From the NCBI GenBank assembly GCA_963677595.1, contig OY782041.1:3936001-4000000 (forward strand): 64,000 nucleotides of DNA, given 5' to 3'. The stretch is from Spirochaetia bacterium. GTDB taxonomy: Bacteria; Spirochaetota; Spirochaetia; CAKZLE01. Under the pieces are notes generated by a model. The model was not told where the DNA came from, did no database searches, and saw nothing but the letters and a program-made list of their open reading frames with translations. The translations under genes were made by a program, and so were the position numbers. Below are positions 1-9,135 of the stretch, one piece after another; positions within the stretch are counted from its first letter, which is position 1, and each line of letters starts with the position of its first letter.

Positions 1-6
1 CATAAC

Positions 7-519
7 ATGGCATTGCATATCGTATTGGTAGAACCTGAGATCCCGCAGAACACGGGGAACATCGCACGGACCTGCGCCGCGGTCGGTGCATCCCTCCACC
101 TCATACACCCGCTTGGCTTCCGCATCGATGAGAAGTCGGTACGACGGGCTGGGCTCGACTACTGGGACAAGCTCTCCGTCCATGAGTACCCATCCCTCGA
201 GGCCTTCCTCGAGCTTCACGGGGATGAACAGCTCTACCTCTTCTCCACGAAGGCAGAACATACCTATGCTGAGGTGAGCTATCCCGCCGATGCATGGCTG
301 CTCTTCGGGAAGGAATCGAAGGGGCTGCCCGAGCCGCTGATCATACGCTACCGTGATACCACGGTACGGATCCCGATGGTCGAGGCTTCCCGCTCCCTGA
401 ACCTCTCGAACACCGTCGCCATAGCTGCCTATGAGTATCACAGGCAGCAGGGATTCTGTACGCTCCTCTCTGTCGGCGAGCTCCATTCCACTACCTGGGA
501 TTCGCTTGAAAATAGGTGA
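7..519 (+). CDS. trmL: tRNA (cytidine/uridine(34)-2'-O)-methyltransferase, SPOUT family
   Basis: Motifs EPEIPQNTGNIARTC, RRAGLDYW, FGKESKGLP and RSLNLSN are typical of TrmL; 170 aa. Confidence 0.93.
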   Translation: MALHIVLVEPEIPQNTGNIARTCAAVGASLHLIHPLGFRIDEKSVRRAGLDYWDKLSVHEYPSLEAFLELHGDEQLYLFSTKAEHTYAEVSYPADAWLLFGKESKGLPEPLIIRYRDTTVRIPMVEASRSLNLSNTVAIAAYEYHRQQGFCTLLSVGELHSTTWDSLENR

Positions 520-599
520 TTACTGCCGGTTTGTGTTGCAATTATCGGCTCTAATCTCTACAATTCATCATACTCGCATATGATCAGGAAGGGGGAATT

Positions 600-1391
600 A
601 TGAAAACCATCGGCATTCTCGGCTGCGGGAACATGGGAGCCGCCATCATCAGGGCTTTAGCCTCAGCAGGTTCGTTCGGCATCATCATCTATGATGTGAA
701 CCGTGAGGTCACCTCAGCCCTTGCAGCTGAACTCGCCATACGGACAGCAGGGACCATCGAAGAGCTCAACGAGCAGTCCGACCTCGTCGTACTTGCGGTC
801 AAGCCGCAGATCCTCCCGTCACTGTTCGACATACTCTCAGCCAAGGGCGGCCAGCAGTATATATCGATCGCGGCAGGTGTTTCGATCAACACCCTCTCCT
901 CTGGCTTGCACAGTGAGTCGATCGTAAGGTTCATGCCGAACATCGCCGCATCCGTGGGCAAGGCGATCACGGCGATCGCTCCCGGGGAGAAGGCAAGTGA
1001 GGAACTTATCAGTACCGCACAGGAGGTCGCATCGACCTTCGGCGCGATGACGATCGTACCGGAACACCTGATCTCGGCATTCATCGGGATCTCTGGCTCT
1101 GCGATCGCCTTCTTCTACCAGTTCCTCCATGCGATCGCCCTCGGGGGAACGAAGCAGGGGATACCCTACCAGCAGTCAGTCTCCATCGCAGCAGATACCT
1201 TCTCAGGAGCGATCGAGCTGATGAAGCAGTCAGGGAGTACACCAGCCTCCCTCATCACCTCCGTGACTTCAGCCGGAGGTACGACGATCGAGGGGATCCA
1301 CGCCCTCGAGGAAGGTGGTTTCACCGGAACGGTCATGAACGCAGTCGAAGCAGCCTCCCTGCGGGGAATCGAACTAGAACACCAGGCATAA
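600..1391 (+). CDS. proC: Pyrroline-5-carboxylate reductase
   Basis: GCGNMG Rossmann motif, LAVKPQ, SIAAGV, RFMPN and VTSAGGTTIEG; purine-rich RBS upstream. Confidence 0.93.
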   Translation: MKTIGILGCGNMGAAIIRALASAGSFGIIIYDVNREVTSALAAELAIRTAGTIEELNEQSDLVVLAVKPQILPSLFDILSAKGGQQYISIAAGVSINTLSSGLHSESIVRFMPNIAASVGKAITAIAPGEKASEELISTAQEVASTFGAMTIVPEHLISAFIGISGSAIAFFYQFLHAIALGGTKQGIPYQQSVSIAADTFSGAIELMKQSGSTPASLITSVTSAGGTTIEGIHALEEGGFTGTVMNAVEAASLRGIELEHQA

Positions 1392-1401
1392 GGATTACAC
1401 C

Positions 1402-2685
1402 ATGATAGATTTGAAACAGATCACAGAACGTAAGGACGAGATCAAGAAGAACATAGAGGACAGGTTCATGAAGGTGGACCTTGACCCGATCCTGGAACTC
1501 CAGGAACGCAGGTCCTCCCTCATCCAGGAGAGTGATGCCCTCAAGAAGGCCCGGAACGAGAATGCCGGGAAGATGAAGGGAAAGATGACGAACGAGGAGC
1601 GACAGCTCCTCATAGCTGAGGGTAAGGAGCTCAAGGTGAAGATCGCTGAGGTGGACGAGATCCTGAAGGATGTCGAGGAGAAGTACCTCGCCTCCGCAAA
1701 ACGGATCCCGAACTATGCCCACCCTGACGCACCGGTAGGCAGGGAGGACAAGGACAACCTCGAGATCAAGCGATGGGGAACGGTCCCCTCCTTCGATTTC
1801 GAGGCGAAGGACCATGTCCAGATCGGCCAGGAGCTCGACCTCATCGACTTCGACACCGCTGCGAGGGTAAGTGGGGCGAAGTTCTACTACCTCAAGAACG
1901 AGGCGGTCCTGCTCGAGCTCGCCCTCGAACGCTATGCCCTCGATATCTTGAGGAAACACGGCTTCACCCTCACGATCACCCCTGACATCGCGAAAGAGGA
2001 GGTCCTCGAGGGCATTGGGTTCAACCCGAGAGGGGCCGAGAGCAACATCTACACTCTCGAGGATACCGGGACCTGCCTCGTCGGGACTGCCGAGATCACC
2101 CTCGGGGGCTACTATGCCGGGGAGATCATTGACAGGGAACGGCTCCCGATCAAGCTTGCCGGCCTTTCCCACTGTTTCAGGAAGGAGGCAGGCGCTGCCG
2201 GCCAGTACTCAAAAGGCCTCTACCGTGTCCACCAGTTCTCCAAGGTCGAGATGTTCATCTATGCCCTGCCCGAAGAGTCTGATGCGATCCACCAGCAGCT
2301 GCTCGGTATTGAGGAGGAGATCTTCCAGGGACTTGAGATCCCCTACCGGGTCGTCGACACCTGCACGGGTGACCTCGGGGCCCCGGCATACCGGAAGTTC
2401 GATATAGAGGCATGGATGCCCGGGCGCGGGGATGGCGGTGAATGGGGAGAGGTGACGAGTACCTCGAACTGTACCGACTACCAGGCACGACGGCTGCAGA
2501 TCCGCTATAAAGATGAGAACGGGAAGACAAAGTTCCTCCACCTGCTCAACGGGACGGCAATCGCGGTCTCCCGTGCGATCGTTGCCCTGCTCGAGAACAA
2601 CCAGAGCTCTGACGGTTCGATCAGGATCCCTGCTGCCCTCCAGCCCTATATGGGGATGGATGCCATCAGGAGGGACCAGGCGTAG
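1402..2685 (+). CDS. serS: Serine--tRNA ligase
   Basis: N-terminal coiled-coil arm, GTAEIT, CFRKEAG, GLYRVHQFSKVE, STSNCTDYQARRL and LNGTAIA. Confidence 0.97.
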   Translation: MIDLKQITERKDEIKKNIEDRFMKVDLDPILELQERRSSLIQESDALKKARNENAGKMKGKMTNEERQLLIAEGKELKVKIAEVDEILKDVEEKYLASAKRIPNYAHPDAPVGREDKDNLEIKRWGTVPSFDFEAKDHVQIGQELDLIDFDTAARVSGAKFYYLKNEAVLLELALERYALDILRKHGFTLTITPDIAKEEVLEGIGFNPRGAESNIYTLEDTGTCLVGTAEITLGGYYAGEIIDRERLPIKLAGLSHCFRKEAGAAGQYSKGLYRVHQFSKVEMFIYALPEESDAIHQQLLGIEEEIFQGLEIPYRVVDTCTGDLGAPAYRKFDIEAWMPGRGDGGEWGEVTSTSNCTDYQARRLQIRYKDENGKTKFLHLLNGTAIAVSRAIVALLENNQSSDGSIRIPAALQPYMGMDAIRRDQA

Positions 2686-2686
2686 T

Positions 2687-4132
2687 ATGGGGATCTCAGG
2701 CCTCTTAACAGATTTTTATGAGCTGACGATGAGCCAGGGGTATTTCCTCACCGGGAACGATCCCCGTGTGGTATTCGATATGTTCTATCGGTCCCAGCCG
2801 TTCGGCAGCGGGTACACCATCTTCGCGGGCCTCGAGACGGCCCTGAGGGGTATCCTCTCCATGCGGTTCTCGAGCGACGATATCGCGTATCTCCGCTCGA
2901 CCGGGCTCTTCAGGGAGGAGTTCCTCACCTACCTCAGCACCTTCTCCTTCAGCGGCACGATCCATGCCATGGATGAGGGGACCGTGGTATTCCCGGGGGA
3001 ACCCCTGATCAGGGTCGAGGCTTCCCTCATCGAAGCCCAGCTCATCGAGAGCTTCCTCCTCAACACCATCAACTTCCAGTCGCTCATAGCGACCAAGACC
3101 TCACGGGTCTACCAGTCTTCCCGTTGCGGGAAGGTCCTGGAATTCGGGCTCAGGCGTGCCCAGGGTCCCGACGGGGCCCTCTCAGCCGCCCGTGCTGCAT
3201 TCATCGGCGGGGCGTGTGCCACCTCCAATACCGAGGCCGGCAGGCGCCTGGGGATCCCGGTCAGCGGCACCATGGCCCACTCCTGGGTCATGTCCTTTGC
3301 CTCGGAACTTGAATCATTCAGGGCCTATGCCGAACTCTACCCGGACAACTGCATCCTGCTCATCGACACCTATGACACCTTAGGTTCAGGGGTCGAGCAT
3401 GCCGTGACCGTCGGACTCGAGCTGAAGGCGAAGGGTAAGCGTCTTGGTGTTCGTATCGACAGCGGGGACCTCAGCTACCTCAGCAGGGAAGTTCGTACCC
3501 GGCTTGATGAGGCCGGACTGGAGGACGCGTTCATCGCTGTATCCAACGACCTCACCGAGGAGGTCATCGCCACCCTGATCGCCGAGGAGTCTCCCATAGA
3601 CTCATGGGGAGTCGGCACCCACCTGGTGACCGGCGGCATCCAGTCCTCGATGAACGGCGTCTACAAGCTATCTGCTAAAGCAGGGGCTGACGGGAGTCTC
3701 ATCCCGACCATGAAGGTCTCGAACAACTACGAGAAGACGACCAACCCCGGACAGAAGCAGGTCTATCGCTTCTTCTCGACGAAGAACGGGCTTGCCCGTG
3801 CTGATTACATCGCGCTCACCGAGGAACAGGTGACACCCGATAGGGACTACCGCTTCTTCCATCCGATGATCGACAAGGATTATTTCGATATGCGATCCTC
3901 AGAGATCCTTTCTATCAAACCCATGCTCACCTGCAAGGTCTCCGACGGTAAGCTGACTGAAGAGCTCCCGAGTCTTTCGGAGATCCAGGGACGGGTACAG
4001 GAGGGGCTTGGGACCTTCCACAAGTCCTACAAACGGCTGGTGAACCCCCATATCTACAAGGTATCGCTCTCCCGGGACCTGATGGGTCTCAAACAGTCAC
4101 TCCTGAGGCAGTACCGTGATGATCTGAGGTGA
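2687..4132 (+). CDS. pncB: Nicotinate phosphoribosyltransferase
   Basis: LLTDFYELTM, EFGLRRAQG, GTMAHSW, LIDTYDT, GVRIDSGD and SWGVGT. Start moved to the ATG at 2687, just after the serS stop. Confidence 0.93.
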   Translation: MGISGLLTDFYELTMSQGYFLTGNDPRVVFDMFYRSQPFGSGYTIFAGLETALRGILSMRFSSDDIAYLRSTGLFREEFLTYLSTFSFSGTIHAMDEGTVVFPGEPLIRVEASLIEAQLIESFLLNTINFQSLIATKTSRVYQSSRCGKVLEFGLRRAQGPDGALSAARAAFIGGACATSNTEAGRRLGIPVSGTMAHSWVMSFASELESFRAYAELYPDNCILLIDTYDTLGSGVEHAVTVGLELKAKGKRLGVRIDSGDLSYLSREVRTRLDEAGLEDAFIAVSNDLTEEVIATLIAEESPIDSWGVGTHLVTGGIQSSMNGVYKLSAKAGADGSLIPTMKVSNNYEKTTNPGQKQVYRFFSTKNGLARADYIALTEEQVTPDRDYRFFHPMIDKDYFDMRSSEILSIKPMLTCKVSDGKLTEELPSLSEIQGRVQEGLGTFHKSYKRLVNPHIYKVSLSRDLMGLKQSLLRQYRDDLR

Positions 4133-4138
4133 TCTTTC

Positions 4139-4909
4139 TTAGCGCAGGGATTCGATGTAGGTGCTGACCCCGAGGGCGATCCCCCTGGCATAGGTCTCCT
4201 GGTAGGAGGGGTCAAGCAGCTTCTGCAGCTCATCCTTGTTCGTCATGAAGCCCGTCTCTATGAGGATCGCAGGCATGAGGGAGTTATGCAGGACATAGAA
4301 CGATCCCTCCTTGATCCCGCGGTCCCTCGTCTCAGGCGGCAGCCCGTAGATGAGGGCTGTCTCCATGCTCTGGGCCAGGCGGGAGGCCATGGCATCGAGT
4401 TCCTGGTTCATGCTGGTATTGAGTTCCTCGGTCTTCTCGACGATACCGCTCTCCGAGAGGGTGGTGGTGAGGAAATCCTTCTCGATGCTCGTCTGGAGTT
4501 TCCACACCTCGAATCCGCTTGCCGTCTCTGTCCCTGCGGCATTCACATGGACTGATACGAACAGCTTGCTCGTTCCCGGTACTGCCGGGCTGCTGTTCGC
4601 TGTCTGCGAACGCTCCCACAGGGAGATGTAGTCATCGGCTGTCCGGCAGTAGATGACTGACAGCTCAGGGTACATCTCCTCGAGCATCCGGCCGGCCTGC
4701 AGCACGAGACTGAGGGTGATGTCCTTCTCATAGATCTCTATCGTGGAGCCGTCCCGGGTGACCGTCGAGACAGCACCCGGGTCCTTCCCACCATGACCGG
4801 CATCGAGGATGACCGTCCCTGCCGGCAGGGAGAAGAATGGTTCCGAGGCATAGGAGAGACCGAGTACGCTGATGAACACCAGAACGAATATGCTGCAGAC
4901 TCTCTTCAT
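4139..4909 (-). CDS. N-acetylmuramoyl-L-alanine amidase (Amidase_3), exported
   Basis: ILDAGHGGKDPGA, EKDITL, FVSVHVNA and PAILIETGF Zn-amidase motifs; signal peptide from MKRVCSIF; TAATG coupling to the upstream gene. Confidence 0.9.
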   Translation of the reverse strand: MKRVCSIFVLVFISVLGLSYASEPFFSLPAGTVILDAGHGGKDPGAVSTVTRDGSTIEIYEKDITLSLVLQAGRMLEEMYPELSVIYCRTADDYISLWERSQTANSSPAVPGTSKLFVSVHVNAAGTETASGFEVWKLQTSIEKDFLTTTLSESGIVEKTEELNTSMNQELDAMASRLAQSMETALIYGLPPETRDRGIKEGSFYVLHNSLMPAILIETGFMTNKDELQKLLDPSYQETYARGIALGVSTYIESLR

Positions 4910-5802
4910 TACCTCACTCCTGACCTGCTGTAGTCCTTCCATTGTGCAATTAATTCCTCTCCCTGACAATAGAGCGCAGAAGGTTTTCGCCGGTAATCAT
5001 CAAGGAGGTAGTCGGGGATGTGCCGTTTCATGCCGGTCTTCAGCTTCAGGGAGCCGTCTCCCTCGAGCTCGAAGCCGAAGTGCTTCGCCCTGAACCTCTT
5101 CATATGTCCCGTCATGGTACGGTTGGTCATCGGGGCGCCGTGGCTGTAGAGGATCGCAGGCACGGTATGGACGCAGGAGGGAATACCCCGCTGCCAGGCA
5201 GAGAGGCCGAAATCTGAGAGCTGCCAGAACCCCTCCTCGAACCTGGTATCGAACCCCTGCACCTTCTTGAACCGCTCCACATCGTATATCCCCATATAAT
5301 CGAGGGGGAAGAGCGTCGGTGTCCCGTCCTCTCCCGGGAACTCTGGTACTGCGTCAAACCCCTCCTGACGGTGGTAGAGGGGGACCTGCACCGAAGGGAT
5401 CATGCCCTGCCCCTCCTCGAGGAGCAGCGGCTGGACGCAGAGGCACTGCTTCCCGAGCAGCCATGCGGTCAGCTCCTCCCCGAGCTGTATGTTGATATCG
5501 ACATCGTTCCAGATCACGCAGCAGTAGGGACTGCGGATCTGCTTCATGACGCTGTTCAGGTACTGGCCGGCATTGGTGTACTCCTCGAACACGATCGGAC
5601 GGATCAGCTCCGAGGAGAGGGTGAGCTTCATCAGGGATGCGTTGTTATCCTTATAGAGGAGGATATAGAGGGGAACATGGTACCTGCTCACGAGTGTCTC
5701 TATGAGGTAATGGAGATGTTCCCGCTCCGCGGGCCTGTCCCGGTACTCGCGCCGGAGCATGATCACGAAGGAGTAGACGGAGACCATGTCCTGCTGTTTC
5801 AT
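4909..5802 (-). CDS. Hypothetical protein, possible GT-A glycosyltransferase-like fold
   Basis: Coding-like ORF between proB and the amidase; weak GT2-like segments WNDVD and FKKVQGFDTRFEEGFWQLSDFG. Start ambiguous (5832 TTG or 5802 ATG). Confidence 0.55.
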   Translation of the reverse strand: MKQQDMVSVYSFVIMLRREYRDRPAEREHLHYLIETLVSRYHVPLYILLYKDNNASLMKLTLSSELIRPIVFEEYTNAGQYLNSVMKQIRSPYCCVIWNDVDINIQLGEELTAWLLGKQCLCVQPLLLEEGQGMIPSVQVPLYHRQEGFDAVPEFPGEDGTPTLFPLDYMGIYDVERFKKVQGFDTRFEEGFWQLSDFGLSAWQRGIPSCVHTVPAILYSHGAPMTNRTMTGHMKRFRAKHFGFELEGDGSLKLKTGMKRHIPDYLLDDYRRKPSALYCQGEELIAQWKDYSRSGVR

Positions 5803-5824
5803 CCCTCTTCCATCCTGGAGTCCC

Positions 5825-6931
5825 TCAATCAAGGAAGACGATGTCCTCAGGCCTGGCGATCACGTCCCGCCGGTCGTCACCCACGGTGTCCCGTATCGTG
5901 CTGCTGTGCCGGCCGATGAGGTTCTCGATCTCGCTGCTGTTGAATGACGGGACGAGTTTCGCTGCTTCATTGAGCATGACCACGGTCCCGCGCTCGAACA
6001 CACCCTCGACTGCGATGATGCCCGAGGGCAGCAGGCTCTTATGCTTCCTCAGTGCCCTCAGAGCACCCTCATCCACGACGATCCGTCCGGTGGTGGTGGA
6101 CTGCAGGATCCATCGCTCACGCTGGGAACGTCGCTTCTCGGGCAGGAACCAGGTCCCCACCTCCTCGCCCTGCAGGATCCGGTAGAGGACGTTGTGATCG
6201 CTCCCCCGAGCGATCACGCAGCCGCAGCCGGCCCGTGAGGCTATCTGGACAGCGTTGAGTTTGGTGATCATACCACCGGTCGCGAAGGAGGACCCGGCCC
6301 CGGAGGCCCAGGAGATGACCTCCTCATCCACGGTCTCGACGGTCCTGACGAGCTTCGCATCGGGGTCCTTATTTGGGTTCCCGTCATAGAGCCCGTCGAT
6401 ATCGGTGAGGATGACCAGGAGGTCAGCATCGATCTTGCTCGCGATCAGGGCACTGAGGCTGTCATTGTCACCGAAAGCGGTGCCGATCTCGTCCGTCGAG
6501 ATCGAGTCATTCTCGTTGAAGATCGGCACCACCCCCATCTCGAGGAGGTCCTCCACCGCATTCTTGAGGTTGAGGAAGCTCTTGCGGTTGTTGAGGATGG
6601 TCCTCGTGAGCAGGATCTGGGCTACCTTTATCCCGTAGGAGGAGAAGAGCAGGCGGTAGTTATGCATGAGCATCGGCTGCCCGATGGATGCATATGCCTG
6701 CCGCTTGATGATACTCGTTGCCGGTTTCGAGACACCGAGTTCCTTCGCCCCCATACCTATCGCGCCGGAGCTTACCAGCAGGGGCATGCAGCCGGCATCC
6801 ATGAGGCTGCTGATCTCATTGACGATCTTCTCCATGAAGAGCATATCGACGCCGCTTTGGGAGCTCAACAGGTTCGTCCCGACTTTTATGACCACTCGTT
6901 TAGCCTGGGAGAAGTCTCTTTTCATATCCAT
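5825..6931 (-). CDS. proB: Glutamate 5-kinase with C-terminal PUA domain
   Basis: VIKVGTN, VSSGAI, PIFNENDSI, FGDNDSLSA, TGGMITKL; PUA segment VDEGA..SLLPSGI. Confidence 0.96.
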   Translation of the reverse strand: MDMKRDFSQAKRVVIKVGTNLLSSQSGVDMLFMEKIVNEISSLMDAGCMPLLVSSGAIGMGAKELGVSKPATSIIKRQAYASIGQPMLMHNYRLLFSSYGIKVAQILLTRTILNNRKSFLNLKNAVEDLLEMGVVPIFNENDSISTDEIGTAFGDNDSLSALIASKIDADLLVILTDIDGLYDGNPNKDPDAKLVRTVETVDEEVISWASGAGSSFATGGMITKLNAVQIASRAGCGCVIARGSDHNVLYRILQGEEVGTWFLPEKRRSQRERWILQSTTTGRIVVDEGALRALRKHKSLLPSGIIAVEGVFERGTVVMLNEAAKLVPSFNSSEIENLIGRHSSTIRDTVGDDRRDVIARPEDIVFLD

Positions 6932-6942
6932 TCCTTGTAGGT

Positions 6943-8244
6943 CTACCTGACGGTCAGGTCCTTGTGCGTGAAGCTCCTGCCCTTCTCCCCGCTGTAATCA
7001 GCGACGATCTGTCCGGTCCCCCTCAGTTTCCACTTATAGCTGATCAGCCCCTCGAGGCCGACCGGTCCGCGGGCATGGATCTTATGGGTACTGATCCCTA
7101 CCTCCGCACCGAGCCCGTAGCGGAAGCCGTCGGCGAACCGGGTACTGCAGTTCCAGTAGACATCTGCAGCATCCACTGCCTCCATGAAGTATTCCGCACG
7201 ACCTGAGTCTGTCGTGATGATGAGGTCAGTATGAGCCGACCCGTAGGTGTTTATATGGGTCACGGCACGGTCGATACTGTCCACGATCCTGATGGAGACG
7301 ATGAGATCGAGATACTCTGTGCCCCAGTCACTCTCGGTCGCCTCAATGCAGGGGTAGAGTGCCCGTACCCCCTCATCCCCGCGGATCTCGACCCCGGCAT
7401 CCGCCAAGGCGGTGCAGAGGGGGACGATCACTGCCTTCGCAGCCTTCTCGTGTACGAGGATCGTCTCGACCGCATTGCAGGCCGCAGGGTACTGGCACTT
7501 CGAGTCCACGGCGACGTTCACGGCAGTCTCCACATCTGCCGTCTCATCGATGTAGCAGTGGCAGATCCCTTCGGCATGGCCGAGGACCGGGATCGTGGTA
7601 TTATTCATGATGTACTTCACGAACTCATTGGACCCCCTCGGGATGACCAGGTCGATAAGGGTGTCGAGTTCCAGCATCTGCCGGACATCCTCCCGCTTCT
7701 CGAGCAGCGTGATCCAGGCATCGGAAACATCTTCCGGGAAGATCTCGCGACTCACCTCCTTGAGGATCCCGGTGAGTACCCGGTTGGTCCGCAGGGCTTC
7801 TGAGCCGCCCTTGAGGACGATCCCGTTGCAGCTCTTCAGGCAGAGAGAAGCGATCTGGATCAGGGCATCAGGCCGTGACTCGAAGATCATGCCGATGACC
7901 CCGATAGGACAGGTCTCCTGCGTGAGGATCAGTCCCTCATCGAGCTCAGTGCGCTTCTTTACCATATGCACCGGGTCAGGGAGGGCCGCGATCTGCCTGA
8001 GTCCCTCACAGGCAGTCTGCAGCTTCGACTCGTCGAACTTGAGCCGCTTGAGCAGCGGGAGGGCGAGCTCTTCAGCCTCAGCGGCTGCGAGGTCCTCTTT
8101 GTTCGCGGCAAAGATGCGCTCCTTCTGCGCCTGAAGCGCCTGGCCTGCTGCAAGCAGGTAGTTGTTTCGTAGTTCTGTAGACAGCAGCGATAATCGCTTC
8201 TGCGCCTGATTGAGTCTCTGGATCTCTTCGTGCAGTTCTCCCAT
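6943..8244 (-). CDS. proA: Glutamate-5-semialdehyde dehydrogenase
   Basis: PIGVIGMIFESRP, IPRGS, ACNAVET, NCSTRFADGFRYGLGAEVGIST and HARGPVGL. Confidence 0.96.
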   Translation of the reverse strand: MGELHEEIQRLNQAQKRLSLLSTELRNNYLLAAGQALQAQKERIFAANKEDLAAAEAEELALPLLKRLKFDESKLQTACEGLRQIAALPDPVHMVKKRTELDEGLILTQETCPIGVIGMIFESRPDALIQIASLCLKSCNGIVLKGGSEALRTNRVLTGILKEVSREIFPEDVSDAWITLLEKREDVRQMLELDTLIDLVIPRGSNEFVKYIMNNTTIPVLGHAEGICHCYIDETADVETAVNVAVDSKCQYPAACNAVETILVHEKAAKAVIVPLCTALADAGVEIRGDEGVRALYPCIEATESDWGTEYLDLIVSIRIVDSIDRAVTHINTYGSAHTDLIITTDSGRAEYFMEAVDAADVYWNCSTRFADGFRYGLGAEVGISTHKIHARGPVGLEGLISYKWKLRGTGQIVADYSGEKGRSFTHKDLTVR

Positions 8245-8352
8245 ACCTGGACACACTCCTGATTCTTGGTACCCATAGAGTACTGAGAATTCGATGAATT
8301 TTCAACTGACTACTTCCCATTTTCTCACTCCCACTATATATTGATAAACATA

Positions 8353-9135
8353 ATGGCTGCAGTATTATTGGAGGAACTCCTCTCAGGGTACCGGGGACCC
8401 AGTCGGGGAAACCGTACCGTACCGCTTCTGGTCTCCATCGCAGGGGCCGGGGGCAAGACCTCCATCCATTCACAGCTTGTCAGGGACTGGAAGAGTCACT
8501 GGGATGCCCGTCTGTGCATCGGCACGACCACGACCAAGATGTTCTACCCGCTCGATGACGGGCTCTACGACCATATCATGGCCTCTGCGGTGCCGGAGGG
8601 GGGGATTCAGGGTACCTGCTTCCTCTACCGTCACCTGGTAGAGGGGACCCGGAAAGTATCGGGCCTGACCCCTGGGGAGGTCGACTCCCTGCAGAGGTAT
8701 GAGCCGTCGCTGATCGTCTGTGAGTCAGACGGTGCGAGGGGGATGTCGATCAAGGCTCCCGGTCCTGGTGAGCCGCTCCACCCTGCTTCGGCGGACATCG
8801 TCATCGGCATCATCGGGCTCTCCTGTCTCGGGAAGCCCTGCAGGGAAGAGACCGTCCACCGAATGATGCGATTCGAGCAGCTGACTGACCCCAGCCGGAA
8901 CATCGGCCCTGAGACCTTCCTGGATCTCATCAGGCACCCTGAGGGTCTGTTCAAGGGGACACCCCCGGGGGCATACCGGGTACTGGTCCTTAACCAGGGG
9001 GATGTACTGACTGACCTGGCGAGGGATGACCTCTTCGATAATCTCTGTGGTGCCCGATTGCCGGTTGATGCAATACTGCTCACCTCGATGAGAGAGAACT
9101 TCACACTATACAGGAACTATAGGAGCATGCTATGA
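8353..9135 (+). CDS. yqeC: Selenium-dependent hydroxylase accessory protein YqeC
   Basis: GAGGKTS, TTTTKM and ESDGARGMSIKAP..EP motifs; first gene of the Se operon. Start may be 8341. Confidence 0.85.
   Translation: MAAVLLEELLSGYRGPSRGNRTVPLLVSIAGAGGKTSIHSQLVRDWKSHWDARLCIGTTTTKMFYPLDDGLYDHIMASAVPEGGIQGTCFLYRHLVEGTRKVSGLTPGEVDSLQRYEPSLIVCESDGARGMSIKAPGPGEPLHPASADIVIGIIGLSCLGKPCREETVHRMMRFEQLTDPSRNIGPETFLDLIRHPEGLFKGTPPGAYRVLVLNQGDVLTDLARDDLFDNLCGARLPVDAILLTSMRENFTLYRNYRSML

Noticed and set aside
2513-2686. N-terminal extensions in the ORF track (pncB 2513, ATPase 15360, sucD-like 50165, amidohydrolase 56535, Ig-like 62568, Mo subunit 35392)
   Set aside because: They overlap upstream genes or the riboswitch; downstream ATGs with RBS or coupling match the family N-termini. 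No evidence of fusion or frameshift.
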